36,218 nt of DNA from a virus (IMGVR_UViG_3300045988_068382:1-36218); one strand, 5' to 3'. Counted from the stretch's first letter, positions 1 to 7,788 are shown. Program-made: numbers and translations. Notes: generated by a model not told the origin, from the letters alone.

Positions 1-119
1 ATGACCTGCGGGTTTACAAGGTCCTGAATGGTTGTTGTTTCTGCCATAGTTATTCTCCTTTTCTACCGGTCAGGGTGTCGTATGTGTCTTTGTCGGTCTT
101 GTACAAGTCCAGCCGCTGG
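1..119. repeat. Terminal direct repeat, copy 1 (identical to 36100-36218); consistent with circular assembly overlap or terminal redundancy
   Basis: Base-by-base comparison of the first 119 nt with the last 119 nt shows identity. It contains the 5' end of the capsid gene (start at 47 = 36146) and the scaffold stop codon (50-52 = 36149-36151). Confidence 0.95.
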
Positions 120-625
120 GCATAGGACATCTTTGCAAACGCATCAGCAGTGACCGCAGAGCCGCCGCTGTTGTCCGGCAGCTTCTGTTCCAGTATCTGC
201 TTTTTCTCTGCCGTCGCGAACTGCGTCGGATACTGGGATTTCAGCGTTTCCAGCGTGGTGTCCCAGCCTGTCAGTCTGCCCTTGTCGTCCAGAGCCACGC
301 CGTCCATGCCTTGCAGTTTGTACGCCAGATAGTCTGTGTCCAGTGCTCCCGCTTTCAGCAGTGCCACCTGCACCGCAGCGTCCAGTTTTGCCTTGGCAAG
401 CTCTGCTTCCAGTTCGGTGACGCGGGCGTTCTCCTGTGTCTGCTTGGCGGCGTTGTCTGCCCTGGTCTGCTTCTGGGCTTGCTTTAACGCGTCCTGTGCC
501 TGTTGCAGCTGTACTTGCAACGCATTGTACTCTTCCGCCGTGTAAGTCTTTTCCGGCGGTGACGCGTTCGGCTGCTGCTTTGTGCCTTCATCCGGCGTAT
601 CCTGTTTCTTTGCCTCTTCTGCCAT
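50..625 (-). CDS. Capsid scaffolding protein
   Basis: 191 aa, ATG at 625 with AAAGGA RBS. Acidic, Ala/Gln/Lys-rich and coiled-coil-like. Lies immediately upstream of the major capsid gene across the circular junction, with a 3-nt gap. Confidence 0.7.
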   Translation of the reverse strand: MAEEAKKQDTPDEGTKQQPNASPPEKTYTAEEYNALQVQLQQAQDALKQAQKQTRADNAAKQTQENARVTELEAELAKAKLDAAVQVALLKAGALDTDYLAYKLQGMDGVALDDKGRLTGWDTTLETLKSQYPTQFATAEKKQILEQKLPDNSGGSAVTADAFAKMSYAQRLDLYKTDKDTYDTLTGRKGE

Positions 626-653
626 TTGAATCAGTCCTTTCGTGATTTGGGTA

Positions 654-689
654 TAAAAATAGCACCTGATCGCTCAGATGCTGATTTTT
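654..689 (-). terminator. Terminator-like hairpin H2 between the 87-aa ORF and the scaffold gene
   Basis: Arms agcacctga (661-669) and tcagatgct (674-682), 9 bp with one G-U pair, flanked by an A5 run and a T5 run. Read on the minus strand, the stem is followed by AUUUUUAU. Confidence 0.4.
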
Positions 690-772
690 CGATAAAAGAA
701 CGCCGTACCCGCTGGCTGAATTGTTCTTGTTTTCCGCCCTCCGCCAGTTTTCGCCCATGGTCGGGGCGGTGA

Positions 773-1036
773 TTACAGTTCGATGTCTTCGATCGCTGCA
801 CGTACTTCCAAACTGGCGATATAGTCAGCCATCGCTCTAATCTGGAAATTATAGACACCTCTCGGACAGGTCGGCGTGAAATTCAGCTTTCCAGTGTCCC
901 ATTTGTCCAGCATTGCTTTCAGCTTCTGGTACCGGACAGCCACCTGTGCATACTCTGCCTTAAACCGTTCCTTGTAGTCATCACTGCACATCAGTGATAC
1001 TGTGTCTTTCAGTTCTGCCTGTCTGTATGTTGCCAT
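773..1036 (-). CDS. Hypothetical 87-aa protein inside the head module
   Basis: Internal ATG at 1036 (MATYRQAELK...) preceded by GAAAGGAGAAAATA. The longer 111-aa version in the ORF track lacks an RBS. Predicted helical. Bracketed by two similar hairpins. Confidence 0.6.
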   Translation of the reverse strand: MATYRQAELKDTVSLMCSDDYKERFKAEYAQVAVRYQKLKAMLDKWDTGKLNFTPTCPRGVYNFQIRAMADYIASLEVRAAIEDIEL

Positions 1037-1057
1037 TATTTTCTCCTTTCTGGCATG

Positions 1058-1086
1058 AAAAAAGCACCTCGGGTGAGATGCTTTTT
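1058..1086 (-). terminator. Terminator-like hairpin H1 downstream of the MuF cassette
   Basis: Arms agcacctc (1063-1070) and gagatgct (1075-1082) with one mismatch, flanked by an A6 run and a T5 run. On the minus strand the stem is directly followed by UUUUUU. It shares the AGCACCT...AGATGCT arms with H2. Confidence 0.45.
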
Positions 1087-1107
1087 CTGTATAAGATTTC
1101 GGAAACA

Positions 1108-1281
1108 CTATCGATTCTCCTCAAAGAAGAAACACGGTTTTCCACCGGTACGAATTGCCACTTTATTGATTTCTTTCGCTTTGCTTACGATTTCCTGTGG
1201 TGTGTTTTTTGAAAAGGTTCGTGTTTTTCCTTTTATCATATATTTACGCCATTCCATTGGATAATCAATCAGCATTTTCAT
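1108..1281 (-). CDS. Small 57-aa ORF overlapping the MuF stop codon; candidate cognate or immunity-like partner of the MuF C-terminal domain
   Basis: ATGAAAATG at 1281/1275 sits just after AAGGAGG and overlaps the MuF TGA (1265-1267). Lys-rich product MKMLIDYPMEWRKYMIKGK.... It shares the AT-rich composition of the MuF C-terminal region. Function unknown. Confidence 0.4.
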   Translation of the reverse strand: MKMLIDYPMEWRKYMIKGKTRTFSKNTPQEIVSKAKEINKVAIRTGGKPCFFFEENR

Positions 1282-2941
1282 TTCCTCCTTTGTGCAGCAA
1301 AGCTGCCACAACATCACGGGACATTTTTCTCGGCTTTTTGCTGCAATATTCTGCCACGCATTCTGAAATAAATTCGTCGAGCGATTCATCATCTATAAGT
1401 CCGTAAATGGACAGTGCTTCTTTTTTCAATTTCATTATAGCATCTTCGTCTAACCCTGTCAAGCTTTCAAAAAAAGCATCTCGAATGTCACGTACTTTTT
1501 TCAGTCTTTCCTCATAATCCGGAACAGTATCTTTCAAATGCTTTTGCAATGCATGACCAAGCTCATGGCGAAAAGCGTGATAAGGGGAGGAGCTTGACCA
1601 TTTCCCCGTTTTTTTCATTTCAGCAGCAACTTTTGAAATTGTATTTTTTCCTTCCTTACCGCCTGCCCCGAAAATTGAGAGTACGCCGCTGTTGTCATTA
1701 TAGTTTCCCCAGAATCCGTTATTCCCATACGGTTCTACCGAAACACTGCTTACGCTGGACATTTCCCCGAACTTTTGCGTAAAACGATCATACTCATCGG
1801 AAAATTCTCTCGCAAGCTGTGGCGTGATCTCTTTTGTTCCACTGGCCTTATCAAATGCGATACTGTAATTCCCTTTTAAGTACTTGATTTTCTCCGCCTG
1901 ATACGTCTTTCCCGTACCGCCGTTATCCTTTGGCGTAGGCGGTGTGACTTCTGCGGCGTGACCGTTGTGATGCGGTATCGTGACATCACGCTTTTCTGCT
2001 TCCTGCCGGATATATCCGGCACGGTATTCCGCGTAGGATTCACTGGAAACCTTCACAAGGGCTCTGTGCTGGTTGTCATACTTGTAATCGTCGTCGGCTC
2101 TGACCGCCCATCTGGGGCGGCTGTAGGCGTGACAGCGGCAGTTGATGTCCTCGGACGCAATGCCAAACTTACCGGGTGCCTGTGCCTTTCTGCCGTCTAC
2201 TTCAAAGGGTTCGTCCAGCTCACGGACCTGCCCGTCCAGCTGGACATGGTGCGGGCGTGTCTTTTTGTCCATGGTGCTGTCCCACTGCTTCACCAGATCT
2301 GCCCCCTGCTGCTTCGCCGTTCTGGCGGCTTCCAGTCTGGCGGCGTTGGCGATGCGGTTTCCCTCGGTGCGGACGATCAGCTTTGCCCGTCCCAGTGCCC
2401 CGCCACGCATAGTGGCATAGTTGCCGATCATTTTGCCGGTGATCTGGTTCGCCATGTCCCCGTAGCTTGCACCAGATGCAAAGCCAGCGGAAACAATATC
2501 GGTGATATGCTTTTTCAGTCCGGCAAAGTCCTCGCCGATGCTGTCATACAGCGGCTTTACAAGCTTCGTGTCGTTAACGGCAGCCTGACAGACCTTATCC
2601 TGCGGAATAGGCAGCGAGAGCCGCAGCCCGTCGCTTTGCAGTTCGTACAGCACCGCCGTGTGCCCTGTGAGATAGCAGTCCTGCAAGTACTCCTGCACGG
2701 TGCGGTACGTCTTGCTGTGCAGCTTTCCGAGAATGCGTTCCAGCTGCTTCTGCAAGCCCTGCTGAAGCGCTTTCTGGTAGGCAACAGCCTGCCGGTTTTC
2801 CACGTCAGTCCGTTCGTCCAGCTGCCGGAGCCTGTCCTTGACATCTTCCAGTGCTTTCTGATACGACCGTTCCAGCTGCTCCATGACTTTTTTCTCGGAA
2901 AGCAGCTCATACTGCGTGGTCTGCTTCTGTGCCGGTGTCAT
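1265..2941 (-). CDS. Head morphogenesis protein (MuF / SPP1 gp7 family) fused to a C-terminal HEXXH zincin-like domain
   Basis: MuF-type core RTEGNRIANAARLEAAR...TRPHHVQLDG...EDINCRCH. C-terminal extension of about 260 aa carries HELGH, encoded at 1553-1567. Position directly after the portal gene is typical. ATG at 2941 (MTPAQKQ) is preferred over the GTG at 2950. Confidence 0.85.
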   Translation of the reverse strand: MTPAQKQTTQYELLSEKKVMEQLERSYQKALEDVKDRLRQLDERTDVENRQAVAYQKALQQGLQKQLERILGKLHSKTYRTVQEYLQDCYLTGHTAVLYELQSDGLRLSLPIPQDKVCQAAVNDTKLVKPLYDSIGEDFAGLKKHITDIVSAGFASGASYGDMANQITGKMIGNYATMRGGALGRAKLIVRTEGNRIANAARLEAARTAKQQGADLVKQWDSTMDKKTRPHHVQLDGQVRELDEPFEVDGRKAQAPGKFGIASEDINCRCHAYSRPRWAVRADDDYKYDNQHRALVKVSSESYAEYRAGYIRQEAEKRDVTIPHHNGHAAEVTPPTPKDNGGTGKTYQAEKIKYLKGNYSIAFDKASGTKEITPQLAREFSDEYDRFTQKFGEMSSVSSVSVEPYGNNGFWGNYNDNSGVLSIFGAGGKEGKNTISKVAAEMKKTGKWSSSSPYHAFRHELGHALQKHLKDTVPDYEERLKKVRDIRDAFFESLTGLDEDAIMKLKKEALSIYGLIDDESLDEFISECVAEYCSKKPRKMSRDVVAALLHKGGNENAD

Positions 2942-4385
2942 CTGCCGCACCTTCTTCCAGCTGCTGCATCAGGCTGTCCAGCTGTGCACCGTCCGTCTGT
3001 TCCAGCGACTTCCGCACCTCTGCCTCGTCCAGTTCCAGCACCTTGCACAGCGGTTGCAAAACGGCTTCTACGCCCAGCTGTGCCGCCGCGGCAAGCAGCG
3101 TGCTGACCTTGGTCTGCACGGCAGCAGCTTCCGCACTGCCGATCGCCGCGTTGTCAGATTCGTTGGTGATACAGGTTCTTGTGAAGTCCATTTTCACGTC
3201 GGCACGGGTGAACGCCGTCCCTTTGTCCTTGTTGATCTGCTGCAGTACCACGTCGATGATGCCGTCCATCATCTGCCGCAGGTGCGTTTCCAGCTTGCCG
3301 CACTTGATGTCCAGCAGGGCGTACCGGGACTTGATGACCACGTTGGTGATGTTTCCGTCGCCGACCTGTGCGGCGTTGAAGCCCATGCCGAACTGATAGA
3401 TGTTCTCTTTGTCCAGTTCCAGCTTGACCTTGCGGGCTTCATAGGGCACTTCTACCGTTTTCATGTCCACGCCGCCGCCGTCCGCCGTGCCGATGACCTT
3501 CTTAGTCTTGATGTTCTGCATCAGTTCCGTCATATCCGTGCCGCCGTATCCGGACACAACTACCAGATATTCTGCCGCGTCCTGCAAATTGTTGGACAGC
3601 CCACAGGACATAAGATCGTAGTCATCGATCAGCGATTTCACCGGCTGCAGCCCCGAAACGCGTTCACGGTTGTTGTCGATGCGGAACCACGGCAAGAATC
3701 CCAGTCCCTCGAAATAGGTGTCATCTGTGTTCTGCTTCTTGTACAGCACATGGGGACGTGGATTCGGAATGCCGTTTTCTGCCGCGTCCAGCGTGATCGT
3801 TCCGCTGTCCACCTGAGTATACGTCCACGTCTGCGTGTCGTCCATGACAAGCACCTTGTACACCGTGTGCCCGTACATGTCTGTCCGCTGCGGATACCGG
3901 TACAGCACATAGTCCCTGCCGTCAGAAGTGTATCTGCCGTCTGCTTCCACCACAGACAACGCATCGGCACACTGGAACGCCAGCCTGCCGTCTGCGTTCA
4001 TATAGGCATACAGCCAGCCACAGCCGCAGACCACAGCATCTGTACAGGCATCTGCCAGTTCTGCCCGAAAGCGGTCGTTTTCGTTGAAGTAACTGTCCAT
4101 TTCCTTTTGCAGCTGTTCATCTTCGGCAACCACGATCCTGTCACGGTTGCTAAGCAGGTACTGGACTTCCTGATCTGCCAGTTCCGTGAAAAACGGGTGT
4201 GAGATCTTGATGTTGCTTCTGGTCTTGTCCTCTTGCAGCTCTCCGTGGGCATCATAGTAAAACAGGCGGTAGTTCTGTATCGCATGGCGGGCGTGGTAGT
4301 ACTGCCGCCCGATGCGTGCCTGTGCCTTTTGCGGATCCCCGTATGCTGTGTTCAGCAGCGTTTGTATTTCTCCGATGTGAAGCAT
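2907..4385 (-). CDS. Portal protein (SPP1 gp6-like)
   Basis: About 492 aa starting at ATG 4385, after GGAGGTGAAAGA. Lies between terL and MuF. Size and N-terminal pattern (YYHARHAIQNYRLFYYD, FFTELADQEVQYLL) fit SPP1-type portals. Confidence 0.88.
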   Translation of the reverse strand: MLHIGEIQTLLNTAYGDPQKAQARIGRQYYHARHAIQNYRLFYYDAHGELQEDKTRSNIKISHPFFTELADQEVQYLLSNRDRIVVAEDEQLQKEMDSYFNENDRFRAELADACTDAVVCGCGWLYAYMNADGRLAFQCADALSVVEADGRYTSDGRDYVLYRYPQRTDMYGHTVYKVLVMDDTQTWTYTQVDSGTITLDAAENGIPNPRPHVLYKKQNTDDTYFEGLGFLPWFRIDNNRERVSGLQPVKSLIDDYDLMSCGLSNNLQDAAEYLVVVSGYGGTDMTELMQNIKTKKVIGTADGGGVDMKTVEVPYEARKVKLELDKENIYQFGMGFNAAQVGDGNITNVVIKSRYALLDIKCGKLETHLRQMMDGIIDVVLQQINKDKGTAFTRADVKMDFTRTCITNESDNAAIGSAEAAAVQTKVSTLLAAAAQLGVEAVLQPLCKVLELDEAEVRKSLEQTDGAQLDSLMQQLEEGAADDTGTEADHAV

Positions 4386-4396
4386 TCTTTCACCTC

Positions 4397-5794
4397 CTAC
4401 ACAAGCCACATGCCGGGTGGCTTGGGGTTTTCATACACGCCGGTCAGAGCGTCCGGTGCGTCGTCGTGGGCGTTCTTTCCGGTACGCTGATACGACAGCA
4501 CCGCACCGGCAAAATCCCGCCAGCGGTCTGCCCAGTTCACCGGAAACAGCACGTTCTGCATCACGCCGGTGCTGTTGGACAGGATCCGTGCCACCTTGTT
4601 CTTGCTCTGGTGAAACCACGTCACATGGGTGTGCTGGTTTCCCATCGCCCTGCACTCCCGTTCCACGTTTCTGGCGAACCCTCTGCCGCCGTTGTTGGAT
4701 TCGATGATCGCACAGCCGATGTTGTGCTTTGTCAGCATCTGTGCAGTCTGTGGCTCGGTGGTTTCCATGGGTGCACTGGTATAGAGCACGTCCAGCACGT
4801 AGTACGTGCCGTTGTACACGCCGTAGCAGATGCTGCACAGGTAGTCGCTGCCCTCGTCTGCGGTATCCGTATAGCACAGCAGATACTGGAGCAGGGATTC
4901 CCCGTTCTCGTCCACCGGCAGCGTGGTGTAGGTCTGCATTCTGGTGTACAGTCTGCCCCTGATGTCCATGGGCTCCTGCTGATAGTTGGCGGCGGCGATC
5001 TCTTTTCCCATGGCACTCGTCTTTGCCAGATAAGACCTTTTGGTCAGCACGGCATCACAGAGCATTGTGCCGTCGTCCTGCAACGCTTTCATACAGACGT
5101 GCCGCATCTTTGCACCGGACTTTCGGTAGTGCTCCAACGCCCGCCCCGCGAGGTCGTCTGTCGCCCAGCGTGTCATGATGATAAGCAGCTTTCCGTTTTC
5201 CTCCAGACGGGACTGCATCGTATCCGTAAACCAAGCCCAGTGCTTTTCTTTCACCAGTTCGTTGTTGGCTTCTTCGGCGTTTTTGATGAGGTCATCGATA
5301 ATCATCAGCGATGCCCCAAAGCCGGTCGCCGTACCGGTGGGCGATGTGGCAAGGTAGTTGTTGTAGCCGCCCTCCAAGCTCCACAGGTTCATTGCCCCGT
5401 CGCCGTGCTTGATGCGGGTGTCGGGGAACACATCGGCGTACACCGGTATGTACAAGTCCGCCTTTTGCTCCATGATATCATTTCGCACATTCTTGGAAAA
5501 CATGGTGGAAAGCGTTTCGTTGTAAGAGCCTGTCATGATTTTCTGAGAGGGATCACGGCCGAGCACCCACTCCACCAGCAGACCGGCTGTTCTGGACTTG
5601 CCGTGACGGGGCGGGAGATTCACGATCATCACCTCGTCATCAGATTCCACGAACGCCTGAAACTCCCTGCACAGCCGCACAAGATACTGCCGGTCAGGCT
5701 GATAAAAGTCAGGTGCCATCAGGCTGCAATAGGCAAAAAAGTCACGCCTTGCCAGTTCCGCTTTCGCACCGAGCACGATCAGCCGCTTATCCAC
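4397..5794 (-). CDS. terL: Terminase large subunit
   Basis: 465 aa with a GTG start overlapping the terS stop. Walker A-like LPPRHGKS, Walker B-like MIIDDL, and a C-terminal nuclease-like region with acidic residues (TDTADEGSDY). Gene order is terS-terL-portal. Confidence 0.92.
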   Translation of the reverse strand: MDKRLIVLGAKAELARRDFFAYCSLMAPDFYQPDRQYLVRLCREFQAFVESDDEVMIVNLPPRHGKSRTAGLLVEWVLGRDPSQKIMTGSYNETLSTMFSKNVRNDIMEQKADLYIPVYADVFPDTRIKHGDGAMNLWSLEGGYNNYLATSPTGTATGFGASLMIIDDLIKNAEEANNELVKEKHWAWFTDTMQSRLEENGKLLIIMTRWATDDLAGRALEHYRKSGAKMRHVCMKALQDDGTMLCDAVLTKRSYLAKTSAMGKEIAAANYQQEPMDIRGRLYTRMQTYTTLPVDENGESLLQYLLCYTDTADEGSDYLCSICYGVYNGTYYVLDVLYTSAPMETTEPQTAQMLTKHNIGCAIIESNNGGRGFARNVERECRAMGNQHTHVTWFHQSKNKVARILSNSTGVMQNVLFPVNWADRWRDFAGAVLSYQRTGKNAHDDAPDALTGVYENPKPPGMWLV

Positions 5795-6170
5795 TGCCGA
5801 TCACTTTCCGCAGTTCTTCTGTGGTGAGTTCTGCAAACGGATTTTTCTGCACCGATGCCTCCACCTTTGTGGTGTACTCCCCCGTCATCTTGTTCAGCGT
5901 GTCCACGGCTCGGATACGGTCTGCGGCGGCGTTGTCCTCGCCCCTGGCGATGTCGGACAGCAGCTCCTGCCGGTCCCGTGCCGTCATGATGCGTGCGGTC
6001 TGGGCAGCTTCGGAAAGCTGTTTGATGTAGGCGGCAATCTCCACATTTCTCAACAATTCATCGGTTCGATGTGCAGCATAGCTTTCGCTGTATCCGGCTT
6101 TCCTCGCCGCATCAGCACCGTTTCCGCACTGATAGTAGTATTCCGCGAATTTTCGTTGGCGTTCGTTCAA
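5787..6170 (-). CDS. terS: Terminase small subunit
   Basis: N-terminus LNERQRKFAEYYYQCGNGADAARKAGYS is the classic terS HTH signature. Start is likely the TTG at 6170, 10 nt after AAGGAG. The ORF-track start at 6200 is also a TTG but has no RBS. Confidence 0.8.
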   Translation of the reverse strand: MNERQRKFAEYYYQCGNGADAARKAGYSESYAAHRTDELLRNVEIAAYIKQLSEAAQTARIMTARDRQELLSDIARGEDNAAADRIRAVDTLNKMTGEYTTKVEASVQKNPFAELTTEELRKVIGSG

Positions 6171-6200
6171 TGCGGTCACGCTCCTTTCAACGGCATACAA

Positions 6201-6236
6201 AAAAAACGCCGCAAGGAAATCCTCACGACGTTTTGC
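6201..6236 (-). terminator. Intrinsic terminator in the leader upstream of terS
   Basis: Minus strand reads AAAACGUCGUGAGG-AUUU-CCUUGCGGCGUUUUUUUU, a stem of about 14 bp (with G-U pairs) followed by a U8 tract. It lies between the predicted promoter and the terS RBS. Confidence 0.5.
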
Positions 6237-6252
6237 TTTTTTCGTCAGTATA

Positions 6253-6281
6253 AGTATAGCATGGAATGCGGATTACTGCAA
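6253..6281 (-). promoter_or_regulatory. Candidate late-operon promoter (TTGCAG - 17 nt - TATACT with upstream TGc)
   Basis: On the minus strand the -35 TTGCAG is at 6281-6276, the spacer is 17 nt, and the -10 TATACT is at 6258-6253, preceded by ATGC (extended -10). It lies between the regulator stop codon (6294) and the leader hairpin. Confidence 0.5.
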
Positions 6282-6293
6282 GTGGTTTGGCGG

Positions 6294-6737
6294 TTATTCT
6301 CGGTTAGTTTCGGTTAGTGGCGGGGTGTTTTTTATCTTTTCGAATCCGGTGCTGTACAATTCTTTGGTTTTCTTATAGTCCCGATGCAGATGCCGTGTTG
6401 CGATCCGTTTCAGGGACAGCCCTTGCAGCAAGTACTTTTTCAGTGCAATCCGCATATCTACGGTTTCTTCATCGCTGCCGCAGAGTGTTGTGTTGATATG
6501 CTGCATGATGCTCAGCTCCAGCCGGTCACGCTCCTGCTGGAGTGCGGCGATCTTCTCGCTGATCTCTGCGGCATCGATCAGCTTTTTCTCTGTGCTGTTC
6601 CCGTGTGTTCCCTTTGCCTCACCGATGCTGTCGAACTGCACCGATTTCACAGACGTGCAGATTTCTTTGTCGATCTGGAGATCTCTTATCAGCTTGGGGA
6701 TATCACGATAGCGTGTGATCTTTTCTTCGATGGTCAT
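6294..6737 (-). CDS. Late-gene transcriptional regulator candidate (sigma-70 region-4-like; RinA/ArpU/DUF1492-type Ltr)
   Basis: 147 aa. The C-terminal segment VDMRIALKKYLLQGLSLKRIATRHLHRDYKKTKELY resembles the region-4 HTH of phage late regulators. The position immediately upstream of terS is canonical for this class. Confidence 0.55.
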   Translation of the reverse strand: MTIEEKITRYRDIPKLIRDLQIDKEICTSVKSVQFDSIGEAKGTHGNSTEKKLIDAAEISEKIAALQQERDRLELSIMQHINTTLCGSDEETVDMRIALKKYLLQGLSLKRIATRHLHRDYKKTKELYSTGFEKIKNTPPLTETNRE

Positions 6738-6910
6738 TCTCTCTCCTCCAGTTCCGGCAGCCCTGCCTTCTGCCGCAGTTCATTGCACACCTGACACAGT
6801 TCAATGATGTGCAGCGTCAGTGCCGCATAGTACGGCGTGAGCAGGTCACGCTCGATCGACCGTAACTGTGCCAGATCATTGTCTACTCCTTTCCGCCTGC
6901 ATCTGCACAC
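6734..6910 (-). CDS. Possible 58-aa ORF with a GTG start (uncertain)
   Basis: Open frame ...DNDLAQLRSIERDLLTPYYAALTLHIIELCQVCNELRQKAGLPELEERE ends in an ATGA overlap with the next gene. The only in-frame start is the GTG at 6910, which has no clear RBS. A strong AAGGAG+ATG at 6878 opens a different frame that closes after 20 codons. Confidence 0.25.
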   Translation of the reverse strand: MCRCRRKGVDNDLAQLRSIERDLLTPYYAALTLHIIELCQVCNELRQKAGLPELEERE

Positions 6911-7191
6911 ACGTCCAGCTGGTCTACGTCAATGCCGTATGTTTTCCGCAGGTATGCGATTGCGTCATCTGCGGTCACGTCATGCCCGAAGATCTGCGGC
7001 AGATGCAGCAGCTCGTCCACGACACCGTAAACACGTTCCAGACGAATCTTTCGCCAGCCCAATGCCTTTTCCAGTGCCACAAGTGCCACTGCTATGCCCT
7101 GCTTTGCTCCGTCACGCAGTGCCTGTTCCTGCATCTCGATGTAAGATGATTCCGAAATGCGGACGGCGTAACGGTCTTTTCTGGTGTTCAT
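6883..7191 (-). CDS. Hypothetical protein (102 aa)
   Basis: ATG at 7191 (MNTRKDRYAV...) overlaps the stop of the upstream micro-ORF (ATGA). Composition looks coding. No motif recognised. Confidence 0.55.
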   Translation of the reverse strand: MNTRKDRYAVRISESSYIEMQEQALRDGAKQGIAVALVALEKALGWRKIRLERVYGVVDELLHLPQIFGHDVTADDAIAYLRKTYGIDVDQLDVCADAGGKE

Positions 7192-7274
7192 CTGCACACC
7201 ACCCCGCAAATCAGGAATCCTGCCACAAAACAGATCAGCCCGATTGCGGCGTAGGCTATGCTAGTTGGTTTCAT
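7188..7274 (-). CDS. 28-aa hydrophobic micro-ORF (single TM-like peptide)
   Basis: MKPTSIAYAAIGLICFVAGFLICGVVCR. The ATG overlaps the last codons of RusA, and the TGA overlaps the next ATG (ATGA), so it is translationally coupled on both sides. Confidence 0.35.
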   Translation of the reverse strand: MKPTSIAYAAIGLICFVAGFLICGVVCR

Positions 7275-7671
7275 GTTCCTCTGCCTCCTCGATCTTCACA
7301 AACACCCCCGGCACATCTGCCCAGAACTTCTCCACCACTGCACTGTAAATCTGCTTGTCATCGTTCCAGTAGTGCAGCCGGGTCATGATGTCGAACAGTG
7401 CCTTGCACAGGTTGTCCACGTCCGGCTTGTTGGTATAGGGTTCGCCGCTTTGGTGCTTTGCCTTTCTGGGATAGCACCACTTCACCACCACCTGCACCGC
7501 ACCGCTGTACGGCTGCTCCGGAATGTGCTTCATGAGATGGGCGGTCAGCTTTGCCTCTGCCTCGCCGTTCCCACGCTGGTAGAACCGGTGTCTGCCCTGC
7601 TTGTCGATGGTATGTCCCACCTGCTGGTGCGTACTGGTCGGCGGCAGCATGGGCAGGAAAAATGTTGTCAT
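7261..7671 (-). CDS. rusA: RusA-family Holliday junction resolvase
   Basis: 136 aa from the ATG at 7671, after GGAGG plus 7 nt. Motif KPDVDNLCKALFDIMT...WNDDKQI matches the RusA catalytic Asp cluster. Confidence 0.85.
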   Translation of the reverse strand: MTTFFLPMLPPTSTHQQVGHTIDKQGRHRFYQRGNGEAEAKLTAHLMKHIPEQPYSGAVQVVVKWCYPRKAKHQSGEPYTNKPDVDNLCKALFDIMTRLHYWNDDKQIYSAVVEKFWADVPGVFVKIEEAEEHETN

Positions 7672-7720
7672 GTTCGTACCTCCATTTCTGGTTTTTTCGG
7701 GTTCGCTTTTGTCAATGTCA

Positions 7721-7773
7721 GACGACAAGTGTTACAAGAGTGCCGTGCATTCGCACTCTTGTTACTTGTTGTC
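7721..7773. repeat. Long imperfect hairpin/palindrome between the primase and rusA genes
   Basis: Arms gacgacaagtgttacaagagtgc (7721-7743) and gcactcttgttacttgttgtc (7753-7773). The loop-proximal 10 bp pair perfectly, and the loop is 9 nt. Confidence 0.8.
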
Positions 7774-7788
7774 ATTGACTGTCACACA

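Noticed and set aside
1-119. Terminal repeats as an LTR, IS end or other mobile-element boundary
   Set aside because: The repeat cuts through the capsid gene and scaffold stop codon, so it is simply the same locus read twice. That indicates circular closure or permutation, not element ends.
631-858. 75-aa minus-strand ORF spanning the H2 hairpin and the 3' end of the 87-aa gene
   Set aside because: It overlaps a better-supported ORF and a hairpin, has no RBS, and has odd composition.
1958-5827. Long plus-strand ORFs (1958-3106, 2883-4202, 4316-5827) of 382-503 aa opposite the MuF, portal and terminase genes
   Set aside because: Their products are Arg/His/Cys/Val-rich low-complexity strings with no RBS. 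They lie antisense to genes with clear family motifs, so they are typical shadow ORFs of GC-rich coding DNA.
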